Positions 38,831 through 48,209 of a DNA stretch of 64,000 bases are shown here, piece after piece. This DNA comes from a virus. The notes beneath the pieces are model-generated. The model saw only the letters and a list, made by a program, of their open reading frames with translations, searched no databases and was not told where the DNA came from. A program made the position numbers and the translations under genes. Location of the stretch: IMG/VR virus record IMGVR_UViG_3300027816_000057; one strand, written 5' to 3'. Position 1 is the stretch's first letter. The number at the start of each line of letters is the position of its first letter.

Positions 38831-39295
38831 TTATACTGTATTTGGATTATAAGCCCGAATAGCGGATAGTGAAACGGTAGTAGTTTGACCGTTATTACAG
38901 ACAGCCCAAATAGAGCGTACTAATGAATTATCTAAATTAACCGATTCTCCGGAGCCGATAGGCATACCACGAGATACGTTTATATTGCCGCTATCGTTAA
39001 TACAATAAAAGAATGCATTATTTCCTCTATTGGCTAATACTACATCTTGAAGAATTCCAGAGCCATCTGTAGAGGCGTTGTACAAGAAAGCTCCGTTACT
39101 ATCAATGACGGTACCTGATCCTAAATTAACCGAGCCTCTATAATAATTAATTGAATTAGAATACCCGGTTAAATCGGTATCGGATGCAAAAGGTTGTCTA
39201 ATCCACGTTCCATGTAAACCAGAACCATGCCCGGCAACTAAAACCGAATATCCGTTATTATTTACAGGTTGATTATTAGAAATCTTGCTATACAT
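38831..39295 (-). CDS. putative virion accessory protein
   Basis: Beta-sandwich-like, SG-rich; follows the MCP terminator with its own promoter motif. Confidence 0.45.
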   Translation of the reverse strand: MYSKISNNQPVNNNGYSVLVAGHGSGLHGTWIRQPFASDTDLTGYSNSINYYRGSVNLGSGTVIDSNGAFLYNASTDGSGILQDVVLANRGNNAFFYCINDSGNINVSRGMPIGSGESVNLDNSLVRSIWAVCNNGQTTTVSLSAIRAYNPNTV

Positions 39296-39324
39296 AATAA
39301 TTTATACACTTATGAAATAAATAA

Positions 39325-39346
39325 AAACCGGGCGTTAACCCGGTTT
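39325..39346 (-). terminator. rho-independent terminator after the major capsid gene
   Basis: AAACCGGG-TTAACG-CCCGGTTT followed by TTATTT on the - strand. Confidence 0.8.
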
Positions 39347-39368
39347 ATTATCAAGAGTAAAGTTTTCT

Positions 39369-40385
39369 TTAGAAGCTGGCTAGGAGAGTGGTTCTAGAGT
39401 CTAACTGAGCGAAACCGACTTCCATCCAACCGTACATTTCATTCAAGCCTTGACGATGTTTGGTATTATCTTCAAACATTTGTAGATTTTCACGAATAGG
39501 CATGACGAAGCTGTTATTTTTGCTCTTATCAATACCGATTGCTAGTTCTACGTCACCAGATGCTAGTGATTTACCTAAAGTTGAGCTGTAATATAGTTGA
39601 TATTCTTGACCAACACCAAGTTCATCTAAATCTCTTAGTTCGACACCAAAGATTTTAGTCATTTCACGACCGTTATCATCAGTGTAATAGATGTTAGTAC
39701 GGACTTGATCAGGAATCAAGTTTAGATTCCAAGAACGAATATCATCTAGAGCTTCTGGTGAGAGATAAAGATGAGTTAGTTTACCGCGATTAACTGAGGT
39801 AGAGTTACCACCACCGTTTCTACGCATTACTGTTTTGAGCAATGTGACTAATCTTGGGGTAAATTGACCTGCGGCTGCATCAGGATCGTAAACTAAGATG
39901 TTACGAGATACACCGGCTGATATGATGGTGTTAAAACCGTCATCGTTCAATTTCTTTTTGAAACCAGCTTCGAGAACTTCTACCATTCTAGCTAGAACAT
40001 TCCAGTTTGCATCTCGTAAGAATTTACGAGTACAACCAATAGAGTTGCCTATCATATAGGTAGGAATTTCTATGATACTATCGGATGTTACGAGCTTGGT
40101 AGGTATACCACCGTGATCTGGTAGTGTAAAAGCGTAAAATTCTTTTTCAGTACCCGGTTTGATCAAGTCGGTTGGATATTTAACGGGTGATCCGTCAGTG
40201 TAATCTTCAACCGTAAAGATATCGCCAAGTATATCGCCAGTCAAAACTGTTTGGCGAATAGGTGTTTCTAGTGCTTTAGAAACTTCAACACCGGCTTCTC
40301 TCGATTTGGAAGGATCGTTTGATCCCCAATCGTTTAACTTGGCTTTAATCTGTAGTTTTTCTTCGTTGCTAAATTCAAATGGCAT
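39369..40385 (-). CDS. major capsid protein (HK97 fold)
   Basis: 338 aa after scaffold and decoration genes; long spine helix, LYLSPE, C-terminal GW.EVGFA.LD; followed by a terminator. Confidence 0.8.
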   Translation of the reverse strand: MPFEFSNEEKLQIKAKLNDWGSNDPSKSREAGVEVSKALETPIRQTVLTGDILGDIFTVEDYTDGSPVKYPTDLIKPGTEKEFYAFTLPDHGGIPTKLVTSDSIIEIPTYMIGNSIGCTRKFLRDANWNVLARMVEVLEAGFKKKLNDDGFNTIISAGVSRNILVYDPDAAAGQFTPRLVTLLKTVMRRNGGGNSTSVNRGKLTHLYLSPEALDDIRSWNLNLIPDQVRTNIYYTDDNGREMTKIFGVELRDLDELGVGQEYQLYYSSTLGKSLASGDVELAIGIDKSKNNSFVMPIRENLQMFEDNTKHRQGLNEMYGWMEVGFAQLDSRTTLLASF

Positions 40386-40407
40386 TTTTTTACCCTTTAT
40401 TTATCGA

Positions 40408-40875
40408 TTAAAAATCAACGCGAACTTTAACATAACCGTCTTCATCAGGACGAGAACGGAATTGTCCTATAGCTGGGGCACCCTGAGCCTGTACTGAACT
40501 AATTAATCCGCTAGCACCTAGATAGGCAGGCTGACCAATTAATACAGACGCGGCTGTATTTGGTACGATTGAGTTGGTTGTAACTTCACCGGCACGAATA
40601 ATAGAAGCTCTGTTACCAACTTGTACTTCGAGTCTTTCTGAGAGTAAACGATTACGAGTTAAATCGATGTTTACAAATTCATTATTTAGTACGCCAAGCG
40701 GATATCGGCCTGAAGGATTAACTGCAACATCAGCTAGTTGGTTAAAACTATCCATAGCTGCACCTGAACCGGGGGCACCGGTAGTTGCTACTAGGAAAGT
40801 GCCACGGGCGGCGGTTTGGTTAAGGAAAAATTCTGTTTCCCAACTTCTAACATTCATATCTGGTTTAAGTGCCAT
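40408..40875 (-). CDS. capsid decoration/cement protein
   Basis: Beta-tulip-like G.PAYLG..G...IG.F....DEDGYVKV; between scaffold and MCP. Confidence 0.65.
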   Translation of the reverse strand: MALKPDMNVRSWETEFFLNQTAARGTFLVATTGAPGSGAAMDSFNQLADVAVNPSGRYPLGVLNNEFVNIDLTRNRLLSERLEVQVGNRASIIRAGEVTTNSIVPNTAASVLIGQPAYLGASGLISSVQAQGAPAIGQFRSRPDEDGYVKVRVDF

Positions 40876-40906
40876 TTGTTAATTACCTCTTATTTTTATA
40901 CACTAA

Positions 40907-41548
40907 TTATCGACGACCTTGTTTCTTATCAAGAACACTTTTTACAAATTTTTCTAAAGTTGCATTACTAACAGTGGTTTTAGTAGCTGCTACTTCAATA
41001 TTAACATCATTTTTCGCTTCTACTTTTTCTAATTCTTCAGCAGCTTTTGTTGAAGGCGTAAAATTAGTTACGGTATTATCAGTTGATTTTGTATTGCTTG
41101 TTACTGTTTGTTCTGTTGCTTTTTTGAACATAGTAGCTGCAACAGTTTTTGCGGCATTATAAGCATCATCGCTCATAGCTTTATATAGTTCAAGAGCTTT
41201 AACTTCATCTTGATCAACAGCACCGAATGATTTCATTTCGGTTAATCTGACTTGTGCTTTATAATCAACTACTTCAGCTTTAGCTTTATCAAAAGCTTCA
41301 GCGACTTGTTTTGCACTATCTTTTGCTTCGGCGAGTGCTTTTTCTGCACATTCCTTATCTTCTTTCATTTTAGCCATTTGCTTTTCAGCTTCGGCTTTTT
41401 CTGAAGCATAGCTATCTTCCATAGATTTAATTTTAGCATTTGCTTCAGCTAGTGCTTTTTCAGCTACTTCTTTAGCTGAATTTAGTTCTGCGAGCTGTGC
41501 TTCGTAATTAACGGTTGCTGATTCTTTGGCAGTATTTGCTTCTGACAT
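40907..41548 (-). CDS. nested in-frame scaffold protein (MSEANTAKES..., 213 aa)
   Basis: Internal ATG preceded by a GAGGT RBS and a GTGTATTAA promoter-like motif. Confidence 0.6.
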   Translation of the reverse strand: MSEANTAKESATVNYEAQLAELNSAKEVAEKALAEANAKIKSMEDSYASEKAEAEKQMAKMKEDKECAEKALAEAKDSAKQVAEAFDKAKAEVVDYKAQVRLTEMKSFGAVDQDEVKALELYKAMSDDAYNAAKTVAATMFKKATEQTVTSNTKSTDNTVTNFTPSTKAAEELEKVEAKNDVNIEVAATKTTVSNATLEKFVKSVLDKKQGRR

Positions 41549-42343
41549 ATTTTGTACCTCGATATTATTTAATACACTATTTTTAGCTACAAGCTTAAAA
41601 AGATCACTATTATTACTGTCTTCAAATTCGGAATTCTGAGAAATAACTTCAGGTATTATAATAGATTCTTTATTTGCTGGTTTATTTACAAAACCAATAC
41701 CTGAAAAAACAATATTTTTTAACCATTTGCCGACCAAATAATTTTGACCATCAAGGTTAATTTTTCCTGTACCTTTATTTTTTCTAAGATAATTATCTAA
41801 TCTAGATGTATTTTCAGTTTTATCTATTAAAGTAATTGAATCTGAACCTTCTTTTCTTAAAGCGTATCCGTAATTTTTAGACAAACATTCCATAGAAACA
41901 AAAAGAACATTATCGCTGATTTGTTCAGCTATTTTTTCAGCATAAGTAGGAAAATACTTATCCCAAACCAACATACCTACTAAAATATGGTATTTATTTT
42001 TAGAGGAAGTTTCGCTAATAGGTAAATAATTTTCATCTAATACTAAATAATTGGTTATTACGCCAATCGTTTCATTATCTTCTTCTTCACCGTTATGCTG
42101 CCAATTTACCGGTTTATTTAAAACTGTAATTGCCGCTTTTAACGTTTCTTCTGGCGAAAAAACATCATCATTAGCGTTCCAATTACTTGTTACCATAATA
42201 GCAGGTATCCAAGTAGAACCTAAATCAACATAATCGGGTTTTATTTTTTCAACCGATAAACGTAAGTTTGATCTTAAAATATCATCAATAGATGCTATAG
42301 TCTTTTCGCTAGAGTCAATAATAGATTTAAGATCATTCGTCAT
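40907..42343 (-). CDS. prohead protease fused to scaffold
   Basis: N.NDDVF, KPVNWQH, VSMEC, FSGIGFVNKPA protease motifs; C-terminal coiled coil; probable start ATG 42343. Confidence 0.75.
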   Translation of the reverse strand: MTNDLKSIIDSSEKTIASIDDILRSNLRLSVEKIKPDYVDLGSTWIPAIMVTSNWNANDDVFSPEETLKAAITVLNKPVNWQHNGEEEDNETIGVITNYLVLDENYLPISETSSKNKYHILVGMLVWDKYFPTYAEKIAEQISDNVLFVSMECLSKNYGYALRKEGSDSITLIDKTENTSRLDNYLRKNKGTGKINLDGQNYLVGKWLKNIVFSGIGFVNKPANKESIIIPEVISQNSEFEDSNNSDLFKLVAKNSVLNNIEVQNMSEANTAKESATVNYEAQLAELNSAKEVAEKALAEANAKIKSMEDSYASEKAEAEKQMAKMKEDKECAEKALAEAKDSAKQVAEAFDKAKAEVVDYKAQVRLTEMKSFGAVDQDEVKALELYKAMSDDAYNAAKTVAATMFKKATEQTVTSNTKSTDNTVTNFTPSTKAAEELEKVEAKNDVNIEVAATKTTVSNATLEKFVKSVLDKKQGRR

Positions 42344-42350
42344 TATTAAT

Positions 42351-44327
42351 TTATACACCTTGACTTAACAAAAACGCCTCTATCTTTAATGTGTCTTTGT
42401 CTTCTTTAGATACTTTATCGGTTTTTAAATCCGATAAAAGTTCTCTAAAAATATTATTAAATTTATTATATTTATCATAATTAATACTAGCGATTATTTT
42501 TTCTGGATCATTTGAATCGTTTAGACTGGCATTAGCAAACGTATGATCAATTAAATTCTCTAGTTGATCCTTTTGGTCTTGTGTTAATTTCTTAACATTA
42601 CTCACTTCATAATGTTCAATAATAATAGAAGTTATCTTTTCTTCTATTTCTTGATAGATGTTTTTAGCTAATATTATTTCTGACGCTTTTCGTTTTCTTG
42701 GTTCTTTATCTTTTGATCCAGATGGTCTTCCCGGTCTTTGATTATATGAATCTTGTATAGACATATTACTAGAATTGTCTTTACTGTTCATTTTTTGAAC
42801 TTTTAGTTCATGTTCTTGCTGATATTTTAAGTCAGGATTATGATAAGGACTAGCTTTAGGAGGTAATTCATCCTTATCTCTTTTTTCTTCTTGTTTTTGA
42901 ATTCTCAATCTTTCCAAGAAGGGGTTTTCGCCTAAATATTCAATAACTTTATCTTCTGATAAGATATTTCTATCGGCCAAATCCATTAATACTTTGACGT
43001 GTACATTATCATCAGTAAAATTAGGTATTCTAAATTTTACTAAAGGTTTATCACTAAAACCCATATTATTATGTATAATGTTAATTTCAAAATTAAGCCA
43101 TTCTAGTAACCGATCTCTTACTATCGCTAATTTTGTTACTAATGATTTAGTACGCATAGCCGGATTATTACCGGTCATGCTTTTGGTAGGACCACCAATA
43201 AGTTCTTCAGGAAAACCAAATACTAAATATATATTAGTGTTATCATCCGTTAATTGAGACAACTTTTCAATCGGTGGATAATACTCAGAATATTCTAACA
43301 GAGTATCCCATATTAAATCAAATGGACCGGCAGATGTATTATTATCTAATAATCCCGCAAGCTTATTAGCAACGGCTGGACTTGGCAAAATCCCTTCTTT
43401 GTGATCCCCTAATTTCCATATTCTTAAAGGATGGGCGTAAGCATCTAACGCAAAACTTTTAGCGGCATTTAAACGTTGATTATAAACTATATCAGGCAAT
43501 ACCGGTTTAATTAAAGGTATGCCCCAAGGTTCTAAATCTTCTTTTTTATACCAAGAAACATAAATATCTTTTTCAGGTAGAGGGTAATAAATAAATCTTT
43601 CTGAAATGTTTTCTTTTAAAGACTTTTTAATTACTTCAGGTATATCATCTAAAACTTGTTTTTCTAATGTAGTCTTAGCATTATTTAATTTTAACAGATA
43701 TTCTCTGTTTAAACGTAAACCGTAAATTTTCTTTTCAGAAAACGCACCGGCTACATCTCCGACGATTTCAATATTTCTCGGTTGATAAAAACGATATTTA
43801 ATTGGTATTCTTTTAGATTTCTTTTTTGGCGGTTGATTTAAATTTTCCGCAATTGATTTATCGTCTCTCTTCATTTGTGCGATATCTTGTGGCTGTAAAT
43901 CCACATAATATCTTTGTAATACAACATTACATTCTCTAAAAAGATGGGTAGCAAATTGCTGGCACCGTTCTTTTAATCCAACTTTATCCATCCAAACACG
44001 ATAAAAATTATTAATACCTTGATCGCTGTGGTAAATATCTAATCCGTCAATAACTAATTCAACCATCGAATCAACTACACTCCGTAAAACGGATGATCCG
44101 TAATACGCTGCGTAACACTGAGTAAATAAATCATAGTGAGTCTTAGGAGATTCCAAAGATAACCGTAGACCAAAAAAATCGCTATAGTTTGATTCTGATC
44201 TTACTCTAACGTTGTCCTCGATAGACTCGTATGCTTTAGTTTTTGTAACACCGCCTCCAAAAGAATTATTAGAAGCAACGGTTTTTTGATGAGTATCAAG
44301 TCTTTTTGGTGTAATTTTCTTTTTCAT
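42351..44327 (-). CDS. portal protein
   Basis: Between TerL and protease; YY...LRSVVD.M, PWGIPLI, IWKLG; probable start ATG 44327. Confidence 0.75.
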   Translation of the reverse strand: MKKKITPKRLDTHQKTVASNNSFGGGVTKTKAYESIEDNVRVRSESNYSDFFGLRLSLESPKTHYDLFTQCYAAYYGSSVLRSVVDSMVELVIDGLDIYHSDQGINNFYRVWMDKVGLKERCQQFATHLFRECNVVLQRYYVDLQPQDIAQMKRDDKSIAENLNQPPKKKSKRIPIKYRFYQPRNIEIVGDVAGAFSEKKIYGLRLNREYLLKLNNAKTTLEKQVLDDIPEVIKKSLKENISERFIYYPLPEKDIYVSWYKKEDLEPWGIPLIKPVLPDIVYNQRLNAAKSFALDAYAHPLRIWKLGDHKEGILPSPAVANKLAGLLDNNTSAGPFDLIWDTLLEYSEYYPPIEKLSQLTDDNTNIYLVFGFPEELIGGPTKSMTGNNPAMRTKSLVTKLAIVRDRLLEWLNFEINIIHNNMGFSDKPLVKFRIPNFTDDNVHVKVLMDLADRNILSEDKVIEYLGENPFLERLRIQKQEEKRDKDELPPKASPYHNPDLKYQQEHELKVQKMNSKDNSSNMSIQDSYNQRPGRPSGSKDKEPRKRKASEIILAKNIYQEIEEKITSIIIEHYEVSNVKKLTQDQKDQLENLIDHTFANASLNDSNDPEKIIASINYDKYNKFNNIFRELLSDLKTDKVSKEDKDTLKIEAFLLSQGV

Positions 44328-44330
44328 AAT

Positions 44331-44349
44331 ATTGCGATTAAATCGCAAT
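44331..44349. promoter_or_regulatory. perfect 9-bp inverted repeat between the promoter motif and the portal start
   Basis: ATTGCGATT-A-AATCGCAAT. Confidence 0.55.
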
Positions 44350-44366
44350 GTTATTATACACGAGTA

Positions 44367-46421
44367 CTATAATCGATCAACCAACTGAGAGGTTACAATT
44401 CTCATTTTTTTGCCATTTGTCGTGATATAGGCGGGTTGATTGGTGCCACTATTACTTTTAGTATTTCGAGTAGCACCAATAGCAGAGTAGTTTATGTGAT
44501 TTGACAATTCATTATGCATAACTCGAATACCATAATTAGCCAATAATATAGAAGTAAATCGGTCTTTTTTGAGTTTTTCTTTAGTATTATCATTAGAAAT
44601 TAATGATATTTTAGGAACATCCCATCTTTCTTGCCCGCCGCCGGTTTCAGTTCTTTTAATACAAATAGTCTCTTGTTTAGCACTTTCTATTTCAAGATAG
44701 CAATCTTCAAGAGATTCGTATTTTCTTTTATAGTTGACGTTATCCATTTGTGCTACAGCTACAGAATCAAATTCTGGAAATAAAAATCTTCTATCTTCTA
44801 AATCTTTCTTTAAACCATAATGAGATTCTTTTCTCCAGTCAGAATTTTGGAAATTAATCATAGTTAAAATATGAAGTCCCGGCATATGAATAAAGTTTTC
44901 ATCGTCTTTATCGTATATCGGTAAATCTCCCGACTCCATTTTATCAGGATCGTGTAAACCTTCTTTAAGGGAAATACCTCCACCGCCAGCATCACAAATA
45001 ATAGATTCAATATTAAATCGGCGAATTAACGATCTTATATGTTTAATTATAAAAGTATTATAATCTTTAATAGATTCGTCTATAATCCCGTCATTTTTCA
45101 TTTGATTAAATTTCTTTCTATTAGTAGACCAAGTATATACCAAAACTCGATAATTACCATGATCTTCAACTATAGAAATTGCAAAATTATCATCTTCTGA
45201 GGCGGGGTCGATACCCATAACGTATTTAAATTCTTTTTCGCCTGATATTTTAGCACTATGTCTAATAACCTGACCCAAACCTTTAATTGGGCAAGTGCAA
45301 TCAAATAATAATCTGGCTGGATAAAATCCGTCTGAATCTGACGGAAAAACGCATCCGTATTCTTGCTGGAAAATTTGTTTAACCATTGTTGCCTTACCTT
45401 GTTCTAGAATGTCTTGATCTAACATTCCTTTTGGAGCAAGAGTATAAGGCAGTCTCATAATAGCATACTGACTAGTATCTAATTTAGTAATATCTAATTC
45501 TAGTTCCGGATAATTTTGATCGATAAACCTTTGATCGCCACCGGATTCGATAATAGCTTTGTATCTTTTAAAATACTTATAAAAAGATCCAAATTGAAAG
45601 GTAGCGGTTCCTTGAATTATAATTTGGTTTCCGCCTAAACTGGTTTGTGTAGGTATTTTAGGATTTAATATTTGATTATCGTCAGTAATACCTAATTTAC
45701 GCATTTCATCTGTTCTATATGCGTTTTTAATATTTTGAATAAAATTAGTAGTCTTAACTGCAGCGAAACCTCGAATAACTGTTTCAAAAACCTCAGTACT
45801 AATACTGCCGAATTCTTCAGCACATATTATTTCAGCACGTTCACCACGGATAGTTTCGCCGTCACCAAGCGGTAGGAATTTAATTACACTTTCGCCACAA
45901 TGCCAATATGCATTAGTTACGCCTCTTTTTGGTGCATTTTTCTTTCCTACTATATCTTGAAGAACAGGTGCGTTATTCCATATATTTGTTATATAGTTAA
46001 AAACTATCAAAGCTTGACGAAAAGCGGCACCGACAACTGCTATTCTAATTCCCGGATTTAACAACGCTCGGATCATTAAATACCAAGCGGTAGTAAAACT
46101 TTTAGCATAACCACGAGACGCAATCAACATAGGAAATTGTTTTTTCCATAACATTTGCACAATAGCCATATGTTCTGGAGTGGTATCTAAATTAAGTATT
46201 TCTTTAGCTATAAAATGTAGGTAATTTGGATCACGCATGAATTGAACCAAAGAATCTATATAGGTGTTTTTATTATAAAATTCCGGTTTAAAAAACGGAT
46301 TCATGACCGACATCTGCGAAACATCTCCTAATTGGAGATAAGCTAAATCTAAAGTTTCGCTATTAATACGTTTATGATCGCTATGTATAGAAAGCAGGTT
46401 ATCGGTAATTTTATTACTCAT
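44367..46421 (-). CDS. terL: terminase large subunit
   Basis: Walker A SRGYAKS, IRGER, Walker B-like ICAEEF, FQQEYG..F, RNase H GIDPA and KDRF. Confidence 0.85.
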   Translation of the reverse strand: MSNKITDNLLSIHSDHKRINSETLDLAYLQLGDVSQMSVMNPFFKPEFYNKNTYIDSLVQFMRDPNYLHFIAKEILNLDTTPEHMAIVQMLWKKQFPMLIASRGYAKSFTTAWYLMIRALLNPGIRIAVVGAAFRQALIVFNYITNIWNNAPVLQDIVGKKNAPKRGVTNAYWHCGESVIKFLPLGDGETIRGERAEIICAEEFGSISTEVFETVIRGFAAVKTTNFIQNIKNAYRTDEMRKLGITDDNQILNPKIPTQTSLGGNQIIIQGTATFQFGSFYKYFKRYKAIIESGGDQRFIDQNYPELELDITKLDTSQYAIMRLPYTLAPKGMLDQDILEQGKATMVKQIFQQEYGCVFPSDSDGFYPARLLFDCTCPIKGLGQVIRHSAKISGEKEFKYVMGIDPASEDDNFAISIVEDHGNYRVLVYTWSTNRKKFNQMKNDGIIDESIKDYNTFIIKHIRSLIRRFNIESIICDAGGGGISLKEGLHDPDKMESGDLPIYDKDDENFIHMPGLHILTMINFQNSDWRKESHYGLKKDLEDRRFLFPEFDSVAVAQMDNVNYKRKYESLEDCYLEIESAKQETICIKRTETGGGQERWDVPKISLISNDNTKEKLKKDRFTSILLANYGIRVMHNELSNHINYSAIGATRNTKSNSGTNQPAYITTNGKKMRIVTSQLVDRL

Positions 46422-46863
46422 CTAATTTTCTTTCTATTTCCTTGAATAAACGATAAACGTAGTTTTCAGCTTCTTCTATATTTGGAAAAAATAATATATC
46501 TACATTATAATTAACTTGTAAATAAGCTAATTGTTTATAAATAAAATTTAAACTTAATTTTGTTAATCCTCTGTCAACTAGATATGAAAAATTATTTGGA
46601 CCACAAACTATAATTTGTTTATGTTTATATTTTTGTAATCCGTCCATTTCTCTGCAAAAACGCTCAAATTCACTTCCTAAATTATTAATTAATTCTCGAC
46701 AATTTTTTTTACGCTCAATAATAACTGATTCGTCAAAATCAGGATGGTCGCAAATAGCTAAAGTATAATCCCCGTACTTTAAAGAATCATTACTAATTTT
46801 TACATCAGTATAATCTTTAAAATTAAATCCGTCTTTTTCTTTAGTATCTTTAATCACCAACAT
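46414..46863 (-). CDS. ERCC4/XPF-Mus81-family nuclease
   Basis: DTKEK, L..GDY, IIERK, RF..E. Confidence 0.75.
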   Translation of the reverse strand: MLVIKDTKEKDGFNFKDYTDVKISNDSLKYGDYTLAICDHPDFDESVIIERKKNCRELINNLGSEFERFCREMDGLQKYKHKQIIVCGPNNFSYLVDRGLTKLSLNFIYKQLAYLQVNYNVDILFFPNIEEAENYVYRLFKEIERKLDE

Positions 46864-47185
46864 TTTTCTTGCGATCTTTTAATAAAACCTTTTTCAAAAA
46901 AACCACTTCAAATCTTTTTTCTTTTCCGTATGTTTTCTGGTGGCATTTTTTACAAAGAGTTATACCATTATACACGTTGTATCTTAAATGTGGATCGTCG
47001 GCCCATTTTTTGATATGATGTATCTGTAAATCTTCTTTAGCCTGACATTTATTAAAACCTTGGCAAGTATGATCGTCTCTTTCTAAAACTTGATTTCTCC
47101 AGTTTTTATATTTAGCAGACCCAATATCTCGTTCTAATTGACGCAATCTTTTGCTGGTTGTATATTTAATTTTTGGTATAAACAT
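46850..47185 (-). CDS. HNH endonuclease (terminase-associated)
   Basis: WR..VLERD..TCQ, LQIHHI, NGITLC..CH. Confidence 0.85.
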   Translation of the reverse strand: MFIPKIKYTTSKRLRQLERDIGSAKYKNWRNQVLERDDHTCQGFNKCQAKEDLQIHHIKKWADDPHLRYNVYNGITLCKKCHQKTYGKEKRFEVVFLKKVLLKDRKKNVGD

Positions 47186-48209
47186 ATTTATTTTGCTCTG
47201 TATTAATCATCCATTTTACTACTTCGGTAAAACTCATTCCCGCTTCCCACCCTAATATCTTATACGCTTTTTTTGAATTACCAACTAGATTAACTGGCTC
47301 AATAGGCCGATATAAGTCTTTTTCTATATATATAATTTGATTACCGGTTTTTTTATCTATCCCTTTTGTATTTATACCATGACCGACAAATTCTAATTCA
47401 ATTCCAGCTTCTCGAAAAGCTAATAAACATAATTCTTTAATGGAATACTGTTTTCCGGTAGAAAGTATATAATCATCTGGTTTATCTTCTTGTAAAGACA
47501 GATACATACCTTCGACATAAGACGGAACATCGCCCCAATCTCTTAAACTATCTAAATTACCAAGAGGAAGTTGAGTTTTAATTAAACCTAAAGAATATTT
47601 TACAGCGTATTCTACAATTTTTTTAGTAACAAAACGGTTAGATCGTCTTGGTGAATCGTGACCATAAGCAATAATATTGCTAGCGAATATACCATAAGCC
47701 TGTCTATAAATTTTTACCATATTATAAGCAAAAAGTTTAGATGCTCCATACGGTGAGACAGGAATCATATGAGTATCTTCATTTTGCGGGCTATCTTTTG
47801 ATCCAGCAAACATATCAGATGTTCCTATTTGACAAAATTTAGTTAAAGGAGATATTTTTCGGATTAATTCCAGTATATTTAATACTGACTTTCCATTAAC
47901 ATCTAGTGTCGCGTCAGGCTGTGAAAAAGACATTCCCGGATGACTAAAGGCTGCTAAATTATAAAATTCATCTGGTTTTAATTCTAATAAATTAAATAAA
48001 GTTGATTCATCGGTTATATCACCTTTTATAATTGATATCTTATCACGATCTAAATTACAATCATTGATAAAATCAGTAGAACCGTCATTTGATGATTCTC
48101 TTACTAAACCATAAACATGATAACCTTTTTCTATTAACAAAGAAGCTAAATAGGGGCCGCTTTGACCGTTAATCCCCGTTATTACTGCTGTCTTCCCGCG
48201 ATTTAGCAT
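47166..48209 (-). CDS. gmd: GDP-mannose 4,6-dehydratase
   Basis: ITGINGQSG.YL, YNLAA.SH, SPYGASK, FVTKKI, LGNLDSLRDWG, YRP.E...LVG. Confidence 0.85.
   Translation of the reverse strand: MLNRGKTAVITGINGQSGPYLASLLIEKGYHVYGLVRESSNDGSTDFINDCNLDRDKISIIKGDITDESTLFNLLELKPDEFYNLAAFSHPGMSFSQPDATLDVNGKSVLNILELIRKISPLTKFCQIGTSDMFAGSKDSPQNEDTHMIPVSPYGASKLFAYNMVKIYRQAYGIFASNIIAYGHDSPRRSNRFVTKKIVEYAVKYSLGLIKTQLPLGNLDSLRDWGDVPSYVEGMYLSLQEDKPDDYILSTGKQYSIKELCLLAFREAGIELEFVGHGINTKGIDKKTGNQIIYIEKDLYRPIEPVNLVGNSKKAYKILGWEAGMSFTEVVKWMINTEQNKYVYTKN

Noticed and set aside
33102-39295. Contractile tail sheath or baseplate wedge genes
   Set aside because: No ORF with sheath size and motifs next to the tube gene; the arrangement fits a non-contractile tail
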